Assembly (NCBI GenBank): GCA_044507105.1
Contig: JBIQJX010000005.1
Span: forward strand, 640-64,639
Length of the DNA stretch: 64,000 nucleotides
Origin: Nitrosomonas sp.
GTDB taxonomy: Bacteria; Pseudomonadota; Gammaproteobacteria; Burkholderiales; Nitrosomonadaceae
Reading direction: 5' to 3'
The notes below the pieces were generated by a model. The model saw nothing but the letters and a program-made list of their open reading frames with translations, was not told the origin of the DNA and did no database searches. Numbering within the stretch: the stretch's first letter is position 1; each line of letters opens with the position of its first letter. This document shows positions 15,606 through 26,682 of the stretch, piece by piece. A program made the position numbers and the translations under genes.

Positions 15606-16555
15606 ATATCACAGATCGTGTTCGCTGGAGCAGGTACGGGCTCTGGTTCCTTTTGTTAGGGGGTCTCACATTGGTCACTATATGGATCCCATGGGCGAAT
15701 ATTCCTGCTGTTGTTGCCGGATTACAGAAACAGCTCCATGTATTGTTGACCGAACATATTTCCCGCGTAGGAGGATCTCCCTGGAAATATGGAACAGGAC
15801 TTATTCTGATCAGTTTTCTTTATGGGGTACTGCATGCAGCCGGTCCGGGTCACGGTAAAGTGGTTGTTGCGGGTTATCTGGGTACTCAGAATAATGAGCA
15901 GATTACGCATGGAATTAAAATCTCGTTTCTGGCTTCATTGCTGCAAGCAATCGTGGCAATTGTGCTGGTAACGGGCATCGCGCAGCTGCTGTATTTATCA
16001 CCGGCGCTCGTAAAGCGTTATGAAACCGGTATGGAAATGGCAGGCTACATTCTGGTAGTGCTGCTGGGAGGTGTAATTATTCTTCGTGCCCTGGTACGTT
16101 TGTACAGGCAGCGTACTCTGAATATGCACCGGTCTCTTCGTCATCAGGTAAAAAACGAACCTGCCTGCAAGTGTCAGCATCATTATGTGGCGAATTCAAA
16201 GCAGGATACCCGACAACGTGTCCTGGTCATTCTGTCTATGGGCCTGAGACCCTGTACCGGGGCCTTGGTTGTGCTGATGTATGCCTATATGGTCAATGTA
16301 TATATTTTTGGTGTTGCTGCTGTACTTGCCATGGGAATCGGGACGGGCCTGACTGTTGCTCTGATCGCCAGCCTGACCATCCTGTTTCGGGACAGGCTGA
16401 CAGGATGGATAAAACGGGGAGGCGGAAATCGACACAACTTGCTTTCATACCTTGATCCTGGCTTGATGTTGCTGGGTGGACTGGTGCTTGTGACATTAGG
16501 GTTATCGTTGCTGTCCATTAACAGTACGATTCCAGTTAGTCATCCGTTACTGTAG
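15602..16555 (+). CDS. RcnA/NiCoT-like (ZevB-like) metal transporter
   Basis: YGVLHAAGPGHGK and GLRPCTGAL motifs, His/Cys loop, multiple TMs; ATGA overlap with upstream gene. Confidence 0.85.
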   Translation: MNITDRVRWSRYGLWFLLLGGLTLVTIWIPWANIPAVVAGLQKQLHVLLTEHISRVGGSPWKYGTGLILISFLYGVLHAAGPGHGKVVVAGYLGTQNNEQITHGIKISFLASLLQAIVAIVLVTGIAQLLYLSPALVKRYETGMEMAGYILVVLLGGVIILRALVRLYRQRTLNMHRSLRHQVKNEPACKCQHHYVANSKQDTRQRVLVILSMGLRPCTGALVVLMYAYMVNVYIFGVAAVLAMGIGTGLTVALIASLTILFRDRLTGWIKRGGGNRHNLLSYLDPGLMLLGGLVLVTLGLSLLSINSTIPVSHPLL

Positions 16556-16666
16556 AACGAACCCGGATAACGTGGCAAATAGAGAAATAATGGACGTTAA
16601 TTATTCTTTCTGTCGCTTCTGATACAGTACAATTTGACTTTCTGCCAATAATAAAGGAGTAAATCC

Positions 16667-17329
16667 ATGTATAAGCTCAAAGCTGTGACGGCCCTCCTGG
16701 CTGGATTTATCGTTACTGGCTGTGCCGATATGACAACCACCCAGCGAGGCACCGGTACAGGGGCAGCGCTCGGAGCGGGTACGGGTGCAGCAATCGGGGC
16801 ACTGGCCGGAGGCGGGAAAGGGGCTGCGATCGGTGCCGGTGCAGGTGCGGCTCTGGGTGCTGGCGCGGGTTATCTGTGGTCCAGAAGAATGGAAGAGCAG
16901 AGAATGCAAATGGAGACTGCCACGGCAGGTACCGGCGTGGAGGTATCACAGACTCCGGATAATCGTTTGATGTTGAATATACCCAGCGATATTTCGTTTG
17001 ATACGGGAAGTGCCCGGATCAAACCGGATTTCCAGCCGATTTTGGACAGTTTTGCAATCAGTTTACTGGATAATCCCGGGACTCAGGTAACGATCGTTGG
17101 CCATACTGACGCTACCGGTAGCGATACCATTAATAATCCGTTATCTGTCAACCGTGCGGCCAGTACACGTGATTACCTGGCAAGTCGCGGTGTGCCTTAT
17201 CAGCGAATTCAGATCGATGGTCGCGGTTCATATCAGCCGGTCGCTTCGAATGATACTGCCACAGGTCGTGCAAAGAACCGCAGAGTAGAGATTTATGTTT
17301 CCGAGACACGCAGCGAGTTGAATCAGTAA
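16667..17329 (+). CDS. OmpA-family lipoprotein (YiaD-like, glycine zipper)
   Basis: Lipobox VTGC, Gly zipper, VGHTDATG, NRRVEI. Confidence 0.93.
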   Translation: MYKLKAVTALLAGFIVTGCADMTTTQRGTGTGAALGAGTGAAIGALAGGGKGAAIGAGAGAALGAGAGYLWSRRMEEQRMQMETATAGTGVEVSQTPDNRLMLNIPSDISFDTGSARIKPDFQPILDSFAISLLDNPGTQVTIVGHTDATGSDTINNPLSVNRAASTRDYLASRGVPYQRIQIDGRGSYQPVASNDTATGRAKNRRVEIYVSETRSELNQ

Positions 17330-17357
17330 ATTAACAGGATGTGGGTGGCAGATATTT

Positions 17358-18314
17358 ATGGCTGATACAGATAATTCCGATAAGGAAAAATGGGAAAGGG
17401 AAACACTGCGGGAATTGGTGCTTACCTCCCTGAAAGAGCAAAGAAAAGCACGCAATTGGGGTATTTTTTTTCGCGTACTGACTTTTTCTTATTTGTTCAT
17501 CCTGCTTTTCTGGGGGTTGGGCTGGCTGGACGCCGATACAGTGGGAACTTCCGATAAACATACTGCGCTGGTCGATTTGCGTGGTGAAATCACTCCTGAT
17601 GGTTTGAATAGCGCAGAAAATATCAATACCGGTCTGAAAAAAGCCTTCAGAGACCGAAATACAGCAGGAGTCATATTGCGAATCAACAGCCCTGGCGGCA
17701 GTCCGGTTCAGGCAGGTTCTATCAATGATGAAATTCTCCGCTTGCGGGCCCAGTATCCAGATATCCCGTTATATGCAGTAGTTGAGGATATTTGTGCATC
17801 CGGTGGTTACTATGTGGCTGTTGCGGCGGATAAGATTTTTGTCGATAAAGCCAGCATCGTCGGTTCAATTGGGGTGATTCTGGATGGATTTGGGTTTACC
17901 GGTACCCTCGAGAAACTAGGTATAGAGCGTCGCCTTTTGGCGGCGGGAGAAAATAAAGGGTTTCTCGATCCGTTCCTGCCATCTGATCCGGGGCAGAGAG
18001 AACACGCCAGAAAAATGCTGGCAGAGATTCATCAGCAGTTTATTCAGGTTGTACAAAACGGCAGAGGTGATCGTTTGAAAGACCATCCTGATATTTTCAG
18101 CGGTACTGTATGGACAGGCGTACAAGGGATTGAACTGGGTCTGGTTGATGCACTGGGAAATGCGGATTACGTTGCTCGTGAGATCATTCAGGCTGAACGT
18201 ATAGTTGACTTTACGGCACAGGAGGGAATTACAGGACGCCTCGCCAAGCGGTTCAGCCGGGTGGTGTCAGATTTTCTGGCTGGAATCAGGACCGAGGAGT
18301 TTGTGTTGCGGTAG
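17358..18314 (+). CDS. S49 family peptidase (SppA-like)
   Basis: INSPGGS, CASGGYYVA, SIVGSIGV. Confidence 0.93.
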   Translation: MADTDNSDKEKWERETLRELVLTSLKEQRKARNWGIFFRVLTFSYLFILLFWGLGWLDADTVGTSDKHTALVDLRGEITPDGLNSAENINTGLKKAFRDRNTAGVILRINSPGGSPVQAGSINDEILRLRAQYPDIPLYAVVEDICASGGYYVAVAADKIFVDKASIVGSIGVILDGFGFTGTLEKLGIERRLLAAGENKGFLDPFLPSDPGQREHARKMLAEIHQQFIQVVQNGRGDRLKDHPDIFSGTVWTGVQGIELGLVDALGNADYVAREIIQAERIVDFTAQEGITGRLAKRFSRVVSDFLAGIRTEEFVLR

Positions 18315-18326
18315 CAATCGGTTTTG

Positions 18327-19223
18327 TCATAAATGAAGGATTTCAGTAAGTGCACGAGCCACCCCCGTTTCCCAGGGGGGAAGATCCAAGTTGAATGTAG
18401 TGCGGAATTTTTCTGTGTTCAGGCGTGAGTTCAAAGGACGTCTGGCAGCTGTAACAAAAGCTTCGGTGGAAACAGGGATGATTGCATCTGGCCGGACTTT
18501 GACGGGAATATGATGCTGCCAGGCGAAATTCAGCAGGAACCGGGCATAGGCGTACCAAGATGTCTCTCCCCTCGCTGTGACATGATAGATACCTGATTTT
18601 TCAGGATCTTCAAGTAATTTGTAAATGGCGTGAGCGGTTATATCAGCCAACAGCTCTGCCCCGGTTGGTGCGCCAATCTGGTCGTCAATGATGGTTAGCT
18701 GTTCTTTTTTCTGAGCGAGTCGTAAAATGGTTTTCAGGAAATTGTGCCCGCGAGCAGCATATACCCAGCTGGTGCGCAGGATCATATATCTACAGCCTGA
18801 ATTCAGGATGTATTCTTCTCCCTGACGTTTGCTTAAGCCATAGACATTGACGGGCGAGACTGGATCAGATTCTGACCAGCGGCAATCGCCCTGGCCATTG
18901 AATACATAATCTGTTGAATAATGAATCAGCCAGGCCCCGGTACGTTCAGCTTGCTCCGCCAGCAGTCGGGGAGCTTCGGCATTAATATAGAAGGCTGATT
19001 CCGGTTCATTCTCAGCCTGATCGACTGCTGTGTAGGCGGCTGCATTTACGATGATATCCGGCCGGGTCGTTTGCAGTGTATGAGTAATCCCCGCTGGATC
19101 CGTCAGATCACCGCAATAGTAGGAATCTTGTTTATCTGGCGCGATTAAAGTTCCCAGAGAAGCCAGGCTGCGTTGCAGTTCCCAGCCGACCTGGCCGTTC
19201 TTTCCGAAGAGCAGAATTTTCAT
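18327..19223 (-). CDS. rfbD: dTDP-4-dehydrorhamnose reductase
   Basis: GKNGQVG, NAAAYTAVD, STDYVF, YGLSK. Confidence 0.96.
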   Translation of the reverse strand: MKILLFGKNGQVGWELQRSLASLGTLIAPDKQDSYYCGDLTDPAGITHTLQTTRPDIIVNAAAYTAVDQAENEPESAFYINAEAPRLLAEQAERTGAWLIHYSTDYVFNGQGDCRWSESDPVSPVNVYGLSKRQGEEYILNSGCRYMILRTSWVYAARGHNFLKTILRLAQKKEQLTIIDDQIGAPTGAELLADITAHAIYKLLEDPEKSGIYHVTARGETSWYAYARFLLNFAWQHHIPVKVRPDAIIPVSTEAFVTAARRPLNSRLNTEKFRTTFNLDLPPWETGVARALTEILHL

Positions 19224-20275
19224 TGCGACCGTCCGCTATAATTGATTTCAACCCATTTTCGATATTCACCCGATTGTACGTTTGTGATCCAATCGCCATT
19301 TTCCAGATACCACTGGATAGTTTTATGAATACCGGTTTCAAATGTTTCCACCGGTTTCCAGCCGAGTTCCCGTTCGATTTTATGCGCATCAATAGCATAG
19401 CGGCGGTCATGTCCCGGGCGATCGGCCACATGAGTAATGAGTGAGCGGTAATTACCCGGTCGGAATTGCTGAAGAGCATCACAGATGGTATGTATGATCT
19501 CAAGGTTGGTTTTTTCATTCCATCCACCGATGTTATAGGTTTCTCCGGGTTGCCCTTTTTCCAGAACGTGACATATAGCCTGGCAATGATCATTCACATG
19601 AAGCCAATCCCGTATCTGCTGTCCATCCCCGTAAACAGGCAGGGGTTTACCTGCCAGAGCATTCACGATCATCAGCGGAATCAGTTTTTCAGGAAACTGG
19701 AACGCTCCATAGTTGTTGGAGCAGTGTGTGGTGAGCACCGGCAGGCCGTAAGTATGATGATATGCACGTACCAGGCAGTCACTGGCAGCCTTACTTGCGG
19801 AATAAGGGCTATTGGGCTGATAACGGTGATCTTCGGCAAACGCGGGAGCCTCCCGGGTCAATGTGCCGAATACCTCATCCGTTGAAACATGCAGAAACCG
19901 GAAATTTCCTTTGCGGGAAGACGGCAGGCTTTGCCAGTAATGCCGAGTTGATTCCAGCAGCCGGAATGTACCTGTAATATTAGTCTGGATAAAATCCTCG
20001 GGGCCATGGATGGAGCGATCCACATGGCTTTCTGCCGCCATATGAATAATGGCGCGAGGTTGGTAGCGAGCCAGCAATGCGGTTATTTTCTCACAGTCAC
20101 AGATATCTCCCTGTACGAAAATATGTTGAGGATTGCCGATCAGTGAGACAAGATTCTGCAGATTGCCTGCATAGGTCAGTTTATCAACGTTGATGATGCC
20201 CTCGTCTGACTGCCTGATCCAGTCCAGTATGAAATTTGCGCCGATGAAACCGGCACCACCCGTTATCAGAATCAT
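19220..20275 (-). CDS. rfbB: dTDP-glucose 4,6-dehydratase
   Basis: TGGAGFIG, DKLTYAGN, AAESHVDRSI, STDEV, YSASK, DRPGHDRRY. Confidence 0.97.
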   Translation of the reverse strand: MILITGGAGFIGANFILDWIRQSDEGIINVDKLTYAGNLQNLVSLIGNPQHIFVQGDICDCEKITALLARYQPRAIIHMAAESHVDRSIHGPEDFIQTNITGTFRLLESTRHYWQSLPSSRKGNFRFLHVSTDEVFGTLTREAPAFAEDHRYQPNSPYSASKAASDCLVRAYHHTYGLPVLTTHCSNNYGAFQFPEKLIPLMIVNALAGKPLPVYGDGQQIRDWLHVNDHCQAICHVLEKGQPGETYNIGGWNEKTNLEIIHTICDALQQFRPGNYRSLITHVADRPGHDRRYAIDAHKIERELGWKPVETFETGIHKTIQWYLENGDWITNVQSGEYRKWVEINYSGRSQ

Positions 20276-20283
20276 AAGATATA

Positions 20284-21660
20284 TCAGTGGATTGAGAGTT
20301 GATTAGTTTGGTTGGGGCGCCATGTTACCACTAATCCGGTATCACCCGTCTGTACCTGAAAGTTACAGTCGATCCCGATCTCTGCCACCCAGACAAGCCG
20401 CTCTCCGCAAAAAAGTAAGGGCAATGCATTCCGTTTCCACGGAGGAAATGCTGCCTCCTGCAGGATTTTCTTCAGGCTGCGTCGGGGACGTTTGCAATCG
20501 GGCTGGAACCGTTCTCCCCCTACTCTCGAACGGATCGTAACAACCTGTTGCGATAATTTGTTCAGATCGATTCCCGCATTTATCTGCCGGGTAAATTCCA
20601 GTGTACTTTTTGGTGATCCAATGATCAGATGTTGTTCGCCTTGCCAGATAATAGGCGATATGGATTCCGATTTATGATCAACAGGCAGGAATTCGATTAC
20701 CCCTCGATAACAGTGAATTGCCAGTGTATCTATGACACACTGGAAGCGGGTATCAGGCTGTATGTGGTACAACTGGTACAGGATTTCTTCGAGCTTCGCG
20801 GTATTTGGTAATCTGACCATTCGCTGGGCCAGCAGGTGGCGCAGTAAATTTTTAGCACGCAGTGGATCGAGCGTGCGCAATCCTTGCAGGCTGATTCTAT
20901 CAGCAATCATGATATTTCCTGCGTCGATCTGTGCCAGTTCATCCAGCAAATGAGCAGCTTCTCCAAGATGTCGACCAGATCTGGTGAGCGTCTTACGATA
21001 AGCGGGATAGCGCTGCTCCAGCAAAGGCAGAATCCGGTGTCTTAGAAAGTTACGGTCAAAGGAGGTATCCAGGTTGCTTTCATCAGTGATCCATGACAAA
21101 TCATGTCGCCTAGCATAATCTAGAATAGCGGTACGGGGGATGTCGAGTAAAGGTCTAAACAGTTTGACGGATTCGCTTGGTTCAAGCAGTCTGACAACTG
21201 GCATGGCACTGAGTCCTTTGACTCCTGCACCGCGCAATAGCTGCAACATCAGTGTCTCGACTTGATCATCCTGATGGTGTGCCAGTACGACGTAATCCGC
21301 CTGAATTTTCTCAAATATTTGATAACGAGCCTGTCTTGCAACAGCTTCCAGGCTCTGCCGTGGCTGTTTACGTATTCTCAGCCGATAGATGGATAAAGGT
21401 ATGGCGAGTCTGTCGCACAGTGTCTGGCAGAAGGCACTCCATTGACCTGCACGAGGGCTGATGCCATGTTCAACATGCACCGCCGATAATTTCAGTTGCA
21501 TCGGCTTTGAGAATCTCCAGAGCAGATCCAGCAACACCACTGAATCTGCTCCGCCACTTAAAGCGATTGCAAGATGGTCTCTCGGCCGGATTTGTGCACG
21601 CAGATTGCGCTGGAAGCAGTCAGTTATGTCGATCGGGCTGATTGATCTTGAATCTGCCAT
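20284..21660 (-). CDS. tilS: tRNA(Ile)-lysidine synthetase
   Basis: PP-loop [32 protein letters not shown]; follows accA. Confidence 0.96.
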   Translation of the reverse strand: MADSRSISPIDITDCFQRNLRAQIRPRDHLAIALSGGADSVVLLDLLWRFSKPMQLKLSAVHVEHGISPRAGQWSAFCQTLCDRLAIPLSIYRLRIRKQPRQSLEAVARQARYQIFEKIQADYVVLAHHQDDQVETLMLQLLRGAGVKGLSAMPVVRLLEPSESVKLFRPLLDIPRTAILDYARRHDLSWITDESNLDTSFDRNFLRHRILPLLEQRYPAYRKTLTRSGRHLGEAAHLLDELAQIDAGNIMIADRISLQGLRTLDPLRAKNLLRHLLAQRMVRLPNTAKLEEILYQLYHIQPDTRFQCVIDTLAIHCYRGVIEFLPVDHKSESISPIIWQGEQHLIIGSPKSTLEFTRQINAGIDLNKLSQQVVTIRSRVGGERFQPDCKRPRRSLKKILQEAAFPPWKRNALPLLFCGERLVWVAEIGIDCNFQVQTGDTGLVVTWRPNQTNQLSIH

Positions 21661-22597
21661 ATCCCATTAGCCGCTCGAGGCGTTTTTGCAGTAACGTTTC
21701 CGGGGGGATATCCTGGAGTTTACGCAAGGATTCCTGCAATGCTTGTTTGACGGATTGCATCACGCCAGGGTAATCGCGATGCGCCCCCCCCACAGGTTCG
21801 GGGATGATGGCATCAATCAAGCCCATTTCCTTGAGGCGATCAGCAGTAATCCCCAATATTTCAGCGGCATCGGATGCCTTGTCTGCATTTTTCCATAAAA
21901 TAGAAGCGCATCCTTCGGGAGAAATTACCGAATAGGTCGAGTATTGCAGCATCAGCCCGGTATCACCCACGGCTATTGCCAACGCACCCCCTGATCCCCC
22001 TTCGCCAATGATGATATAAATAATTGGAATTTTCAGCCCCGCCATGACATAAAGATTTCTGCCAATAGCTTCGGATTGACCGCGTTCTTCAGCGTCTATA
22101 CCGGGGTAAGCACCCGGGGTGTCGATAAAAGTAATTAGCGGGATGGAAAATTTTTCTGCCAGCCGCATGAGCCGTAATGCTTTACGATAACCCTCAGGTT
22201 TAGGCATACCGAAATTCCGGTAAATTTTTTCTTTGGTATCACGGCCTTTCTGATGTCCAATAAGCATGACCGTTTGGCCATTGAAATGTGCCAGTCCTCC
22301 CACGATAGCCCGATCATCGGCGAAATTCCGATCACCGTGCAATTCTTCAAAATCTGTAAACAGATGCTGTATATAGTCGAAAGTATAGGGTCGTTGCGGG
22401 TGGCGAGCTACTTGTGCAATTTGCCAAGGTGTAAGTTTTGCATAGACATTTTTGGTCAACCCCTGGCTTTTTGCCTGCAGACGGGTAATTTCAGCAGAAA
22501 TGTCCAATGCGGAATTATCCTGTGCATGGCGTAATTGCTCTATTTTTGCCTCGAATTCCTCGATGCCTTTTTCAAAATCCAGAAAAACGGTTTTCAT
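21620..22597 (-). CDS. accA: Acetyl-CoA carboxylase carboxyltransferase alpha
   Basis: [31 protein letters not shown]. Confidence 0.98.
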   Translation of the reverse strand: MKTVFLDFEKGIEEFEAKIEQLRHAQDNSALDISAEITRLQAKSQGLTKNVYAKLTPWQIAQVARHPQRPYTFDYIQHLFTDFEELHGDRNFADDRAIVGGLAHFNGQTVMLIGHQKGRDTKEKIYRNFGMPKPEGYRKALRLMRLAEKFSIPLITFIDTPGAYPGIDAEERGQSEAIGRNLYVMAGLKIPIIYIIIGEGGSGGALAIAVGDTGLMLQYSTYSVISPEGCASILWKNADKASDAAEILGITADRLKEMGLIDAIIPEPVGGAHRDYPGVMQSVKQALQESLRKLQDIPPETLLQKRLERLMGYGRFKINQPDRHN

Positions 22598-22763
22598 ACA
22601 AGCAGATTCAGTTCAAAAACGCGATAATACAGGATTAAACCTTTTTATCGCTTATCGGATTAAGGTTGCAGAGGGAGATACGGGCAGAATTTCCCGATAG
22701 AAACGTTGTATATAATAGAGCAAAGAATGAAGTGAAATTGTGTTTCCCGGCAATTCCGGTATG

Positions 22764-22976
22764 TTACCTGATTACTTCGAATCCGGCATTTTCTATTGCC
22801 TGATTGAAGGTCTCTTTATCTGGAGAAGATGCGTCATGCTGAATGACAGCTTGGGCATTCTCGAGAGATACTTCCACACTGTTTACGCCGGGAATTTCTT
22901 CCAGCACAGTTTTGATACTGTTTACACAACCTGTGCAGGACATTCCCTTGATATGAATAATAGTTGTTGACATCAA
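22764..22976 (-). CDS. copZ: Copper chaperone (HMA domain)
   Basis: GMSCTGC motif, 70 aa, directly after the Cu-ATPase. Confidence 0.9.
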   Translation of the reverse strand: MMSTTIIHIKGMSCTGCVNSIKTVLEEIPGVNSVEVSLENAQAVIQHDASSPDKETFNQAIENAGFEVIR

Positions 22977-23005
22977 AAACTCCTTTTCTGAAGAGGCGAG
23001 GCTGA

Positions 23006-25399
23006 TCAGGCTTTTGCCTGCCAGCGTTTCAACAATAATGAATTGCCTATTACTGATACTGAGCTCATCGCCATGGCTGCTCCGGCAATTACAGGGCTCA
23101 ACATACCAATTGCTGCCAAGGGGATTCCCAGTGTATTGTAAAAGAAAGCAAAAAACAGGTTTTGTCGAATCTTGCGCAAAGTATTGCGGGACAGAGAAAT
23201 AGCATCTGCGACACTCCTCAGATCGTTACGCATCAGCGTGATATCAGCAGCTTCTATCGCTATATCAGAGCCGGCGCCCACTGCAAAGCTCACATCTGCG
23301 ACGGCCAGTCCCGGAGCGTCATTAATTCCATCACCGACCATACCAACAACCTGGCCTCCTGCCTTGATTCTTTCGATTTCAATTGCTTTGTCCTGAGGAG
23401 AGACTTCAGCATAAAAGGTATCTATCCCGACCTGGCTCGCAATTGCAGCAGCCGTGATTGGATTGTCACCGGTTAGCATTACGGTTTTGATGCCCATTTG
23501 CTGTATACGTTTAATTGCTTTAATGGAAGTATCACGCAGAGGATCTGCAATGGCGAGGTAGCCTATTATTTGTATTGAACTTTCAGTATTAACAGCTGCA
23601 ACTGTTACAGTTTTGCCTTCTGCCTGAAGCGTGGTAATACAGGATTGATCAAGAACAGCACCTTTCGCAGATAAAAATTTTGGGGAGCCGATTATATAAG
23701 ATATACCATCAATATCAGCTGTGATTCCGCTGCCAGTTACAGATGCGAAATTACTTATTGGCCGCAGTTTTATTTTCAGGTCAGAAGTATATTGCAGTAC
23801 CGCCTTCGCAAGAGGATGTTCCGACCCCTGTTCCAAAGATGCAGCAATTTGCAGCAGCTCATGTTCACTTGACGGATTGACCGGGATAACATCAGTGACT
23901 GTTGGCCTGCCTTCAGTTAGAGTTCCCGTTTTGTCTACGACGAGGACTTGGATTTTTTCTGCAAGCTCCAGAGCGGCAGCATTTTTTACCAGGATCCCTT
24001 CCTGGGCTCCACGTCCGGTGCCGACCATGATGGCAGTAGGAGTGGCCAAACCCAAGGCGCAGGGACAGGCAATAACCAATACCGCGACTGCGTTGATGAG
24101 TGCCATAACGAAATGGCCGGTCAGCCACCATACGAGTCCCAGCGTCAAAACGCTGATGCCGATTACAACAGGTACAAAAATACCCGAAACGGTATCAGCC
24201 ATGCGTTGGATGGGAGCTTTGGAACCTTGTGCTGTCTTGACCAGATGAATGATAGCGGCGAGTTGAGTATTGGCACCAACGCCAGTAGCGCGGCATTTCA
24301 GCAGGCCATGCTGGTTTTGAGTTGCAGCATAAACCCGAGCGCCAGTCTGCTTGGTAACAGGCAGACTTTCACCCGTAAGCATTGCTTCATTTATACTGGA
24401 AATACCATCAATAACAAGACCATCTGCAGGCAGGTTTTCACCTGGCCGGACGAGAAAGATATCTCCGGATCGGAGCATATCAATATCAATTTCAACGATT
24501 TCTCCATTCTGTTCGATTCTGGCCGTTTTGGGTTGCAGTTTGATAAGCGCTTCAATAGCTGCTGAAGTTTTCCTCTTGGCACGGGCTTCCATCAATTTTC
24601 CCAAAAGAACTAGCGTAATGATCATTGCGCTGGCTTCAAAGTAGACATGCTGATCAAGCTGCAGTACTGTTACGGTGGCACTGAAAAAATAAGCCATGCT
24701 CGTACCCAGGGCGATAAGTACGTCCATATTGGCGCCGCCGCCGCGCAGTGCACGCCAGGCACTTATATAGAAACGTCGCCCTGCCCAGAATTGTATTGGC
24801 GTTGCCAGCAACCACTGCAGCCAGCGCGGAAGCAGGCCGTAGTGGTTGCCTGTTAACATCATGGCCATTTCCAGTACAAATGGTAAAGTCAATACGACTG
24901 AAATCCAGAATATGCGGAATTCTTTCTGATAGGCGGCCAGTTTGCGGGCCTGCTCTTCACTCTGATTGCTGCCGCTGATCCGACTGGCTCCATAACCTGC
25001 TTGCGTTACGGTAGAAATTAACTTCTCTACTGTAACAAGGGCGGGATTAAAATTTACATGGGCTACTTCAGTGGCCGGATTCAGCATTGCGCTGACCCCG
25101 GGCAGTTTATTCAAAAGTGTTTCGATACGGTTACTGCATGCTGCACAGGTCATGCCACTAATTTGCAGTTGTACCGTTTGCGTTGCTATTCGGAAGCCTG
25201 TTTTTTCAATTGACCGAACAAGATCTTCAGGATGTATGGTCTCGTGATTAAATTCAACGAACGCTTTTTCACTGGCAAAGTTGACGGCTGCATGCACTCC
25301 GACAAGTTTATTGAGATTTTTCTCGATTCGGGCAGCACATGCAGCACACGTCATTCCCTCAATGGGCAGTTCGAGTTTTGTAAGTAAAGGGGTGCTCAA
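23006..25399 (-). CDS. copA: Cu(I)-translocating P1B-type ATPase
   Basis: Two GMTCAAC domains, TGES, CPC, DKTGT, SEHP, GDGIND, YN and MxxSS ligands. Confidence 0.95.
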   Translation of the reverse strand: MSTPLLTKLELPIEGMTCAACAARIEKNLNKLVGVHAAVNFASEKAFVEFNHETIHPEDLVRSIEKTGFRIATQTVQLQISGMTCAACSNRIETLLNKLPGVSAMLNPATEVAHVNFNPALVTVEKLISTVTQAGYGASRISGSNQSEEQARKLAAYQKEFRIFWISVVLTLPFVLEMAMMLTGNHYGLLPRWLQWLLATPIQFWAGRRFYISAWRALRGGGANMDVLIALGTSMAYFFSATVTVLQLDQHVYFEASAMIITLVLLGKLMEARAKRKTSAAIEALIKLQPKTARIEQNGEIVEIDIDMLRSGDIFLVRPGENLPADGLVIDGISSINEAMLTGESLPVTKQTGARVYAATQNQHGLLKCRATGVGANTQLAAIIHLVKTAQGSKAPIQRMADTVSGIFVPVVIGISVLTLGLVWWLTGHFVMALINAVAVLVIACPCALGLATPTAIMVGTGRGAQEGILVKNAAALELAEKIQVLVVDKTGTLTEGRPTVTDVIPVNPSSEHELLQIAASLEQGSEHPLAKAVLQYTSDLKIKLRPISNFASVTGSGITADIDGISYIIGSPKFLSAKGAVLDQSCITTLQAEGKTVTVAAVNTESSIQIIGYLAIADPLRDTSIKAIKRIQQMGIKTVMLTGDNPITAAAIASQVGIDTFYAEVSPQDKAIEIERIKAGGQVVGMVGDGINDAPGLAVADVSFAVGAGSDIAIEAADITLMRNDLRSVADAISLSRNTLRKIRQNLFFAFFYNTLGIPLAAIGMLSPVIAGAAMAMSSVSVIGNSLLLKRWQAKA

Positions 25400-25428
25400 T
25401 TTTCCTGTGGTTTTTAAGGGATAGGTAT

Positions 25429-26121
25429 TTAATCTCTTTCACCAGCGAAAGCAAGCAGCAGGTGCAAGAGGCTGATGAACAGATTGTATAAACTGAGATA
25501 AATCCCCAAGGTTGCCATGACATAGTTAGTTTCACCGCCATTGACAATACGGCTAACATCAAACAGGATAAAGCCGGAAAAAATCAGTACGGCAGCAGCA
25601 GAAATGGCTAAGGAGACAGCTGGAATGGTGAAAAATAAATTGGCTAAGGCAGCCAGAATTATTAACACAAGTCCGACCATTAAAAAATTTCTCAGGAAAC
25701 CGAAATCTTTGCGTGTAATGGTTGCTATTCCTGCCAATGTGAAAAAGATAACTCCGGTTCCCGCAGCGGCAAAGCCGATCAATTGTGAGCCATTGCTGAA
25801 ATTCAGTGCATACTGCAGCATGGGACCCAGCCACCAGCCTGCAACGAAAGTAAACAGAAAAAGCAGAATAACTCCCCAAATACTGTTACGAGTAGCGCTA
25901 ACCCCGAACATAAGGCCAATCATTAGCGCCAACATTACCAGCGATCCTACAATTGGAGATTGAGCAAGAAAGGAAAAATTTGTGCTGGTTCCGACAGCCG
26001 CCCCAATGATGGTGGGGATCATTGTTAGACTGAGCATCAGATAAGTATTCCTCAGCACCTTGTTACGGGTGCCCAGATCAAGTACTTGTGATGTAGTCGT
26101 ATATTTCGAGTCAAGTTGCAT
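25429..26121 (-). CDS. yccA: Bax inhibitor-1/YccA family membrane protein
   Basis: NKVLRNTY, 7 TM, GGETNY, YNLFISLL. Confidence 0.92.
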   Translation of the reverse strand: MQLDSKYTTTSQVLDLGTRNKVLRNTYLMLSLTMIPTIIGAAVGTSTNFSFLAQSPIVGSLVMLALMIGLMFGVSATRNSIWGVILLFLFTFVAGWWLGPMLQYALNFSNGSQLIGFAAAGTGVIFFTLAGIATITRKDFGFLRNFLMVGLVLIILAALANLFFTIPAVSLAISAAAVLIFSGFILFDVSRIVNGGETNYVMATLGIYLSLYNLFISLLHLLLAFAGERD

Positions 26122-26424
26122 AGCGTTCTCTCTTTATATATATGAGTTCAAAATATCCAACTAGACTACCGTGGCCACATGAAAGTTGCAATTCAATTTT
26201 CAGGCTGATCTTTATTGAGAGACGATGGGAAGATTCTCTTTCTTTGCTCTTTTTCGCATGTTGCGAAGATTAAAATAACCAGCAACTTAATAACCATATA
26301 ATTATAATGGTTTTAAATTTCTCAATAATTTATAAACGGTGGGTTGAGTATAAGCGCTCTACGTAAAGATCGAAGGATGGAATGCCGTGAGAGTGGCGCA
26401 TTGGGCGCGATTGGTTGCGGCAAT

Positions 26425-26464
26425 AAAAAAGAGAAATTACCATGGTAGAAGCATGGTAATTTTC
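26425..26464 (-). terminator. Hairpin plus U-tract on the minus strand (terminator or operator) in the yccA/coxB divergent region
   Basis: AAATTACCATG-7nt-CATGGTAATTT (26434-26462) with adjacent A6 on the plus strand. Confidence 0.4.
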
Positions 26465-26682
26465 CTATAAGAATCATGATTTTCCCTTGTGTTGGTGATA
26501 TTCGGATGCTAGAATCGGCCGCAGAGAATAATTGTCCGCCCGGGCAGGTGGAAGGTATTGCTCGAGAAGTGGGATATGTATAAATTCGAGAGCCGGATAC
26601 ACATAGAGAAAGAAAGCATTTGCTTGAAATTTTAGTGGATTGTTGATTCAGTGATTAGTAATTAATGTGGGGGGAATAAAGT

